This document shows, one piece after another, positions 58,201 through 64,000 of a stretch of DNA of 64,000 nt. Source of the DNA: Patescibacteria group bacterium (GTDB taxonomy: Bacteria; Patescibacteriota; Patescibacteriia; JAHIZJ01); the NCBI GenBank assembly GCA_041650335.1, contig JBAZLK010000005.1:10580-74579 (forward strand), read 5' to 3'. Made by a program: the position numbers and the translations under genes. The stretch's first letter is position 1, and every line of letters starts with the position of its first letter. The notes under the pieces were generated by a model, which saw only the letters and a program-made list of their open reading frames with translations, did not search any database and was not told where the DNA came from.

Positions 58201-59161
58201 CCGGCGGAATGACTGGCAGTACGGTGACGATCATCCATTCCGGCCGGATATTGTTTTTCTCGAGATTATGAACGAGTTTCAGGCGTCGGACGACCTTGCG
58301 TTTGCGGTTAAACGAAGCCTTTTCAACCTCTTCTTCAAGTTCCTTGATCAGCGCCGGAAACTGGATCTCGGACAAAAGGTGATGGATCGCTTCAGCACCG
58401 ATGCTGGCCTCAAACACGTGACCATATTTCAGCGATAAATCTTGATACGTATTTTCAGAAATGATCAGCTTCTTTTTCAAACTGCGGAGTTCTTTCCGGG
58501 CGGTTTCAGCCAGAAGATCGAGCTCCTTTAATTTTTCATCCTTTTGCAGGGCGTTGGTAGCGAGCTCGTCGTTCATTTTCTTTTCGACGTCGCCATTCTT
58601 GGTCGCTTCCGCCCCGAAGCGTTGGCGGATCTCATTGGCTAACCGGTTGAATTGATTCTCGATTTGTTTCTTCTTGGACTGCGCTTCATGGTCGACTTGC
58701 TTCAGCGTCTCTTGGCGCAGCTCGTCATTAACATTAGTAATAATGAAATTCGCAAAATAAATGACCTTCTCGAGTTCTTGGGTGGAAAGATCGAGCACGA
58801 GGCCGATCTTTGATGGCACCCCGCGCAAGAACCAAATATGAGAGACGGGCGCTGCCAGGTTGATGTGACCCATCCGTTCGCGACGAACAATGCTGCGGGT
58901 AACTTCAACTCCGCACTTATCGCAAATAATGCCTTTGTAGCGGATGCGCTTGTATTTACCGCAGTAGCACTCCCAGTCCTTCGACGGGCCAAAAATTTCT
59001 TCGGCAAACAACCCATCCTTTTCAGGTTTCTGGGTGCGGTAATTAATGGTTTCCGGTTTCGTCACCTCGCCATACGACCATTCGTGGATTTCGTCAGGCG
59101 ACGCGAGTTTGAGGCGGATGGCAGTGAATTCTAATGTTTTAACGTCTTCTTGAAATGGCAT
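55298..59161 (-). CDS. rpoC: RNA polymerase beta' subunit
   Basis: NADFDGD, KPETINYRT, GKRVDYSGR, TQLTMRTFH. Confidence 0.99.
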   Translation of the reverse strand: MPFQEDVKTLEFTAIRLKLASPDEIHEWSYGEVTKPETINYRTQKPEKDGLFAEEIFGPSKDWECYCGKYKRIRYKGIICDKCGVEVTRSIVRRERMGHINLAAPVSHIWFLRGVPSKIGLVLDLSTQELEKVIYFANFIITNVNDELRQETLKQVDHEAQSKKKQIENQFNRLANEIRQRFGAEATKNGDVEKKMNDELATNALQKDEKLKELDLLAETARKELRSLKKKLIISENTYQDLSLKYGHVFEASIGAEAIHHLLSEIQFPALIKELEEEVEKASFNRKRKVVRRLKLVHNLEKNNIRPEWMIVTVLPVIPPDLRPMVQLDGGRFAASDLNDLYRRVINRNNRLKRLLELNAPEVITRNEKRMLQEAVDALIDNSARHGKTVTASTGQKRMLKSLADILKGKQGRFRQNLLGKRVDYSGRSVIVVGPRLHLHQCGLPKKMALELFKPFVISKLIQRELVHNVRSASRFIESNRPEVWDILEEITQQANVLLNRAPTLHRLGIQAFQPLLIEGKAIQIHPLVCPAFNADFDGDQMAVHIPLTERAKWEAAELMRSTKNLLKPATGEPVCMPNQDMVLGCFHMTYIIDEANIDLKSLRAFGTTEEAILAYNVNIITLQEPIRVKHDGEFIVSSVGRLLFNQLLPEGTPYVNAVMDKKALRILTSQILNTHGPEKSVEFLDKLMPASFEYVTRSGMSWGMGDLPAPEPKYGIITGAEKKVAEIEEHYQNGLLTEEERHAKIIDTWNKAKENVTVACRKSLDPTGPVYAMIESGARGTWAQVTQMMGMKGLVTNPAGEIIELPVKGSFKEGFDVLEYFISTHGARKGLSDTALRTANAGYLTRRLIDVAQDLSIVEEDCGDDIGLTLTQAECEASGEQLHERIVGRFLLVDVKHPKTGKVLLKKGEIVTRELAEKLKGVPVPEVKMRSPLACQTLRGICQKCYGYDLGYNKPVGIGVAVGIIAAQSIGEPGTQLTMRTFHTGGVAGLDITQGLPRVEELFEARPIKKPAILAEVDGQVYVTRQGKQQIVKLVSEEEISDVYTIPQPKKGEPAVTLKVKDTQKVKKGDVLWLQGDQEMKVRHAGVVELADHKLKIAYEGQREREYPVPVGYSVWIKDGDLVKKGDQLTEGNVDLHQLFHLKGREATQKYIIKEIGYIYSSQGQKLNDKHVEVIVRQMFSRLYVKDAGDSDLLAGEIVTLSEYHEANEKIKSGGKKVEAESLLLGITKASLTTDSFLSAASFQETARVLIDAAVSGKVDKLRGLKENVIIGKLIPSGTGFREKKE

Positions 59162-59165
59162 ACGG

Positions 59166-62100
59166 TTATTTCTTCTTCACTTTCTCTTCTTTGTCCTTTT
59201 TCGGCGCCGCCGTTGCTGGCTTCGTCTCGGTTTCAGGCTTTGGTGCCTCGGCCGCAGTGTCCTCGGCTTTTACGTCGCTGATCAGTTCCACGTCGAGACC
59301 CAAACCTTTCAATTCACGGACTAAGACATTGAATGACTCTGGCACGTTTATTTTCTTGATTGCTTCACCTTTAATAATTGCTTCGTACGCCTTTGAGCGG
59401 CCCGGTACATCATCCGATTTAATGGTCAGCATTTCTTGGAGGGTGTAGGCGGCGCCATAGGCTTCGAGCGCCCAGACTTCCATTTCACCGAAGCGCTGGC
59501 CACCGAACTGAGCCTTCCCGCCGAGCGGTTGCTGTGTGACGAGCGAGTAGGGGCCGATTGAACGCTGGTGAATCTTGTCCTCAACCAGGTGATTGAGTTT
59601 CATGATATAGATATAGCCGACTGTTACCTTTTGACCGAAGGGTTCACCGGTGCGGCCGTCGAAAAGCATCACCTTGCCGTCTTCCGGTAAGCCGGCGCGT
59701 TTCAATTCCGCGCGGATTTGATCTTCCTGGATGCCGTCGAGTACCGGCGTGGCGACATTGTAGCCGAGCTTGTGGGCGGCAAAACCGATGTGTGTTTCGA
59801 GGATTTGACCGAGGTTCATGCGGGAGACAACGCCAAGTGGATTCAAGATGATATCGACCGGCCGCCCGTCTTCAAGGAACGGGAGATCTTCGGTTGCGAC
59901 CACGCGGGAAATAACGCCTTTGTTGCCGTGGCGGCCAGCTAGCTTGTCGCCGACCTGGACTTTGCGCAACTGGGCAACCGAAACCTGGATTGTCTTGATT
60001 ACGCCTGCCGGCAGCTTATCGCCGTTTTCTTTGGAGAATATCTTTATATCCACAACCTTGCCGTGTTCGCCGTGTTCGAGGTAGAGCGACGAGTCTTTGA
60101 CGTCCTTCGCTTTTTCACCGAAGATTGCCCGAAGCAATTTTTCTTCAGCCGAGAGCTCGGTTTCGCCTTTGGGAGTGATTTTTCCAACGAGAATATCGCC
60201 CGAGGAAACTTCGGCGCCAATGCGAACTACGCCATTTTCGTCAAGATCTTTCAACTTTTCTTCGCTGACATTCGGAATATCGCGCGTCACAACCTCGGGG
60301 CCGAGTTTTGTATCGCGAATGTCGACGGAATAATCTTCGATATGAATCGAGGTAAAAGCATCTGCTTGAACGACGCGCTCGGAAACGAGAATTGCGTCTT
60401 CGTAATTGCCGCCCTCCCAGGGGATGAACGCAACCAGAATGTTTTGCCCGAGGGCGAGCTCGCCGAACTGGGTTGAGGCTCCATCCGCCAGCACCGCTCC
60501 AACCTCAACGCGGTCGTTTCGATCTACCAGAGGGCGTTGATTCATGCAGGTGGCGGCGTTTGAACGGACAAAATTGCCGAGCCGGTAGGTTTGAATCGTG
60601 TTATCGTCGGCGGTGATCTGGATTTCGGAGGCCTGGACTTTCGTAACGACGCCGGCTTTCTTGGCAATAATAACGTGGCCGGAATCGCGCGCGGCACGTT
60701 CCTCAACGCCGGTGCCGACGATTGGCGCCTGCGGCCGGATGCAGGAAACGGCCTGACGCTGCATGTTTGTACCCATTAAGGCGCGGGCCGCATCGTCGTG
60801 TTCCAAAAACGGTATCAGCGAGGTGGCGACGCTAATAATCTGTTTCGGCGATATGGCGACAAAATCAATCTCTTCGATCGGCGCGATCGTCGGTTCGCCG
60901 TGGCTGCGCGCCTCGGCCCGATCAAAGGCGAAGTAGTTTTCATCGTCGAGCGGGGTCGTGGCCTGAGTCGTGACGTAGCGCTCTTCTTCAAATGCGTCGA
61001 GTGAAACAATTTCATCGGTTACGCGCGGCCAGATCCGAACCGTTGCCTGGCCGTTTTTCTTTATTTTCTTGGCGACCTCGGCCGAAATCCGTTCGCCCCG
61101 TTTAACGAGAATAGCGCCGGATTCATCTTTCAAGTCCTCGCCGGAACGCTGGGTAGCGGCTGTGGTTCCGTCATTCGGCACTTCTTTCAATATTTTCCGA
61201 TAGGGCGTTTCGATAAAGCCATAATCATTGATTTTGGCATAGGTGGTCAGGTGGCCAACCAAGCCGATGTTTGGGCCTTCCGGCGTGGCGATCGGGCAAA
61301 TCCGGCCATAGTGCGTCCGGTGCACATCGCGAACATCAAAGCCGGCCCGTTCACGCGACAACCCGCCTGGCCCCATCGCCGAAAGCCGTCGTTTATGCTC
61401 GAGCTCAGCCAGGGGATTGGTCTGGTCCATGAATTGGGAGAGCTGGGATGACATGAAGAACTCTTTGACCGCGCCCATGACCGGCCGGGCGTTTATCAGC
61501 TGATTCGGGGTAAGCGTGTTGATGTCCATCGTGCTCATCCGGTCGCGGATGATACGCTCCATCCGAGCCAAGCCGACGCGGAACTTGTTTTGGACAAGTT
61601 CGCCGATCGCCCGGACGCGGCGATTGCCGAGGTGGTCAATGTCGTCCGATTCTTTCTGCGAATTATTGAGCGAGATAATTTCCTTGATAATGGCGATCAA
61701 GTCCTCTTTGCGGAGGACGCGTGTTTCCTTCGTGATCGGAATATCGAAGCCAAAGCGCTGATTCAGCTTGTACCGGCCGACGCGGCCGAAATCATACCGA
61801 TCGAACGAGAAAAACATTTTGTAAATCAGGTCGCGGGCATTGTCGACGGTCGCGAGGTCGCCGGGCCGAATGCGCTTATAGACTTCTTTCAAACCCTCAG
61901 CCTCGGAACGAGCCACGTCTTTTGCAATTGTCTGGTCGATGTAGCGCACATCGGGATTAGTATCGACGTCTTTGAACAAATCCTTGATTTCTTCGTCGCC
62001 ACCACTCCCGAAGGCGCGGAGTAAGCTGGTAATGGCGACTTTCCGCTTCCGGTCTATTTTGACGATGATAACATTATTAAAATCAGTCTCAAGCTCGAGC

Positions 62101-62594
62101 CAGGCGCCGCGGTTTGGGATGATTTTCGCGCCATAGTAGCGGCGGCCGCGGTAGAGCTCGGAGGTAAAAAATACCCCAGCCGAACGGATAAGCTGGGAGA
62201 CGACCACGCGCTCGATGCCATTGATAATAAAGGTGCCGCGATCGGTCATGAGCGGGAAATCGCCAAGATAGACCTCTTGTTCCTTTATTTCGCCAGTTTT
62301 CTTGTTGAGCAGCTTGCAGTTTACCCGCAGGGCGGCTTCATAGGTCAAATTCTTTGATTTGGCGGTCACTTCATCGAAGCGCGGCTCATCGAGATAATAG
62401 TCGCCGAAGGATAACTCAAGATTCCGGCCCATATATTCGCGGACCGGCGATATTTCCTCGAAGAGCTCCTTCAAACCCTCGCGGAAGAACCAGTCGTATG
62501 ACTGGCGGAGGATTGTGATGAGATTCGGTAAGGGAATGACTTCGCGCTGGGGCTTAAAGAATTTCCGCTCCAGCTTGGTAATGGAGTCAGACAT
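59166..62594 (-). CDS. rpoB: RNA polymerase beta subunit
   Basis: [37 protein letters not shown]. Confidence 0.99.
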   Translation of the reverse strand: MSDSITKLERKFFKPQREVIPLPNLITILRQSYDWFFREGLKELFEEISPVREYMGRNLELSFGDYYLDEPRFDEVTAKSKNLTYEAALRVNCKLLNKKTGEIKEQEVYLGDFPLMTDRGTFIINGIERVVVSQLIRSAGVFFTSELYRGRRYYGAKIIPNRGAWLELETDFNNVIIVKIDRKRKVAITSLLRAFGSGGDEEIKDLFKDVDTNPDVRYIDQTIAKDVARSEAEGLKEVYKRIRPGDLATVDNARDLIYKMFFSFDRYDFGRVGRYKLNQRFGFDIPITKETRVLRKEDLIAIIKEIISLNNSQKESDDIDHLGNRRVRAIGELVQNKFRVGLARMERIIRDRMSTMDINTLTPNQLINARPVMGAVKEFFMSSQLSQFMDQTNPLAELEHKRRLSAMGPGGLSRERAGFDVRDVHRTHYGRICPIATPEGPNIGLVGHLTTYAKINDYGFIETPYRKILKEVPNDGTTAATQRSGEDLKDESGAILVKRGERISAEVAKKIKKNGQATVRIWPRVTDEIVSLDAFEEERYVTTQATTPLDDENYFAFDRAEARSHGEPTIAPIEEIDFVAISPKQIISVATSLIPFLEHDDAARALMGTNMQRQAVSCIRPQAPIVGTGVEERAARDSGHVIIAKKAGVVTKVQASEIQITADDNTIQTYRLGNFVRSNAATCMNQRPLVDRNDRVEVGAVLADGASTQFGELALGQNILVAFIPWEGGNYEDAILVSERVVQADAFTSIHIEDYSVDIRDTKLGPEVVTRDIPNVSEEKLKDLDENGVVRIGAEVSSGDILVGKITPKGETELSAEEKLLRAIFGEKAKDVKDSSLYLEHGEHGKVVDIKIFSKENGDKLPAGVIKTIQVSVAQLRKVQVGDKLAGRHGNKGVISRVVATEDLPFLEDGRPVDIILNPLGVVSRMNLGQILETHIGFAAHKLGYNVATPVLDGIQEDQIRAELKRAGLPEDGKVMLFDGRTGEPFGQKVTVGYIYIMKLNHLVEDKIHQRSIGPYSLVTQQPLGGKAQFGGQRFGEMEVWALEAYGAAYTLQEMLTIKSDDVPGRSKAYEAIIKGEAIKKINVPESFNVLVRELKGLGLDVELISDVKAEDTAAEAPKPETETKPATAAPKKDKEEKVKKK

Positions 62595-62716
62595 AAAAAT
62601 AGCCCCGCTCCCCGGATGGGAGGGGTTGTTCGAACTGTTTACGATTGGTCAGAAGACCAGGACAATATTGACAGAAAATTATTCCCTATATCTATAGGGT
62701 TGATATTCATAGATTG

Positions 62717-62744
62717 ATAATAACACCATTTTCTGCGTTGTCAA
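62717..62744 (-). promoter_or_regulatory. rpoBC promoter
   Basis: TTGACA-16-TATTAT with extended TG. Confidence 0.55.
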
Positions 62745-62838
62745 GGATAATAGGGGAAAACAAGGTAATAAGATAATTTGGCTAATATTAGTATATTTAG
62801 AATATTCTTGCCTAAAATAGGCCAAAAAATATGTTAAG

Positions 62839-62858
62839 TTATCCACAGGTTATCCAAA
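62839..62858 (+). promoter_or_regulatory. Tandem DnaA boxes
   Basis: TTATCCACA (62839-47) and TTATCCAAA (62850-58). Confidence 0.6.
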
Positions 62859-62865
62859 ATAATAC

Positions 62866-62893
62866 AAAAACCAGGCTTTTTGCCTGGTTTTTT
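62866..62893 (-). terminator. Intrinsic terminator
   Basis: aaaaccaggc-ttttt-gcctggtttttt. Confidence 0.7.
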
Positions 62894-62905
62894 ATGTCTG
62901 AGTAG

Positions 62906-64000
62906 CTATGGATAAATAACATCCCCGATATAGCAGCGGCACTTTTGGCAGTAATTTGTATCGGCTGCGTCAAAATTCCAATCAATCGGCAGGCTGACAA
63001 TACGCCAGGCCTTATTTCCGCTGACCGTGCTTCTGTTAACACAATCACCGGCATCCTTGTTAAATCCAGCCGCCTGGCAATAATGCTGACACTGGAGATC
63101 CTCAACACCAGCCGGAGATACTAGGGGGTAAGACACGCCGTTTACTTCTAAGCTTATACCCTCGATATCAACGTAACGGTTTGCTAGCGTACAGCGGCCA
63201 CGACTGAGATACGCAATGTTCGCGTTTTGGTGGTTTGAATTTGTCCAGGTAGCGATTGTCTCGGGCGGGCAGTTGATGCCACGAAAGAGTGAACCGCCCC
63301 AGTTTATGTCGCCGTTGAAGGTGGCGGTGTTAGTTACAGTGAGTGTATTTACCGTTATGCCTCCGCTAATAGTAACGCTGCCGGCAATATTTACTCGGCC
63401 GTCAAAATAGCCAGCCCACTCGCCAGCACCTGAGTTTCCGCCGATTGAGCCATAGACGCCGGCGCAAGTACCGGTGCAGTTTGAACCAGCGACGAGTTCA
63501 CCGTAGACGCCGCTGCCGTTCACGTTTACGCCATTCGCGCCTTTAAATGCCGCCATTGCGTCATACACATTATTCGCATCGTTATACGCCGCAATTGAAT
63601 GATGCTGGCTATAACGATTTGTTGAATCAGCCACTTGGAATAATGGCGCATCAGCCGTGGCAGAATCAAAGATCGTTGTTTCTCCTTGATTTGAGATCGA
63701 AAAACGCCAGGCCCCGGCCGCCTTATCAACCAAGCCGAATCGTTCGTCATACTGGATCTGTGTTTCTTTCCAGTTATTGGAGCTGACTGCGCCAAACAAA
63801 ACGCTGGAATCGGCATTTTGGGCCGATGTATCGTCGGTCGAAATTTGCAGCCAGGTATTCATGTCGCTGCCTGATCGGTGAATATGTAGGGGCGAGCCTG
63901 GGGCGGTGCCGATGCCCACATTGCCACTTAGAAACTCAACCGTACCGTTGCGCCGGAAAACAACGGGCGTGTCTTGCCAGGTGTTGTCGGTATATCGCCC
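62906..64000 (-). CDS. C-terminal part of a large surface/fibre-like protein with Cys-rich tip
   Basis: Frame open to the window end; GNVGIGT, GVYG repeats, WAGYFDGRV, C-terminal cysteines. Confidence 0.8.
   Translation of the reverse strand, partial: GRYTDNTWQDTPVVFRRNGTVEFLSGNVGIGTAPGSPLHIHRSGSDMNTWLQISTDDTSAQNADSSVLFGAVSSNNWKETQIQYDERFGLVDKAAGAWRFSISNQGETTIFDSATADAPLFQVADSTNRYSQHHSIAAYNDANNVYDAMAAFKGANGVNVNGSGVYGELVAGSNCTGTCAGVYGSIGGNSGAGEWAGYFDGRVNIAGSVTISGGITVNTLTVTNTATFNGDINWGGSLFRGINCPPETIATWTNSNHQNANIAYLSRGRCTLANRYVDIEGISLEVNGVSYPLVSPAGVEDLQCQHYCQAAGFNKDAGDCVNRSTVSGNKAWRIVSLPIDWNFDAADTNYCQKCRCYIGDVIYP

Noticed and set aside
55220-62700. Numerous plus-strand ORFs within rpoBC
   Set aside because: Antisense shadows of highly conserved genes.

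Overview
Core chromosomal segment spanning the dnaA region of a reduced-genome bacterium. The gene repertoire points to Patescibacteria/CPR (inference): VirB2-like short pilins, PilB, a degenerate DHH protein, an EF-P MGRG loop, rpoBC detached from rplL, and a GNVGIGT surface protein. Contents in order: 3' part of valS (ASCH-like insertion), pilB, yidC-yidD-rnpA-rpmH / dnaA-dnaN-dciA, a frameshifted class A PBP, tyrS, a glgC-less alpha-glucan cluster (2x glgA, 2x GH57, kinase-like, GalT-like), ruvC-yebC, PGI/PMI, PAP2 and an STT3-like membrane glycosyltransferase facing three pilins, galU, sod, dus, a full Rrf2-suf operon, glyA-folD, ychF, orphans, rpsF-ssb-rpsR-efp, recA, ftsK, rpoBC. The most striking accessory signal is an AT-rich methyltransferase gene built like an integron cassette. 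It has an attC-like hairpin downstream and 23/24-bp inverted repeats hugging the ORF, and its upstream junction is a symmetric 11-6-11 dif/Xer-like site; no integrase is present in the window. No rRNA, tRNA, CRISPR array or transposase was recognised. All calls come from motif recognition by eye, not database searches.
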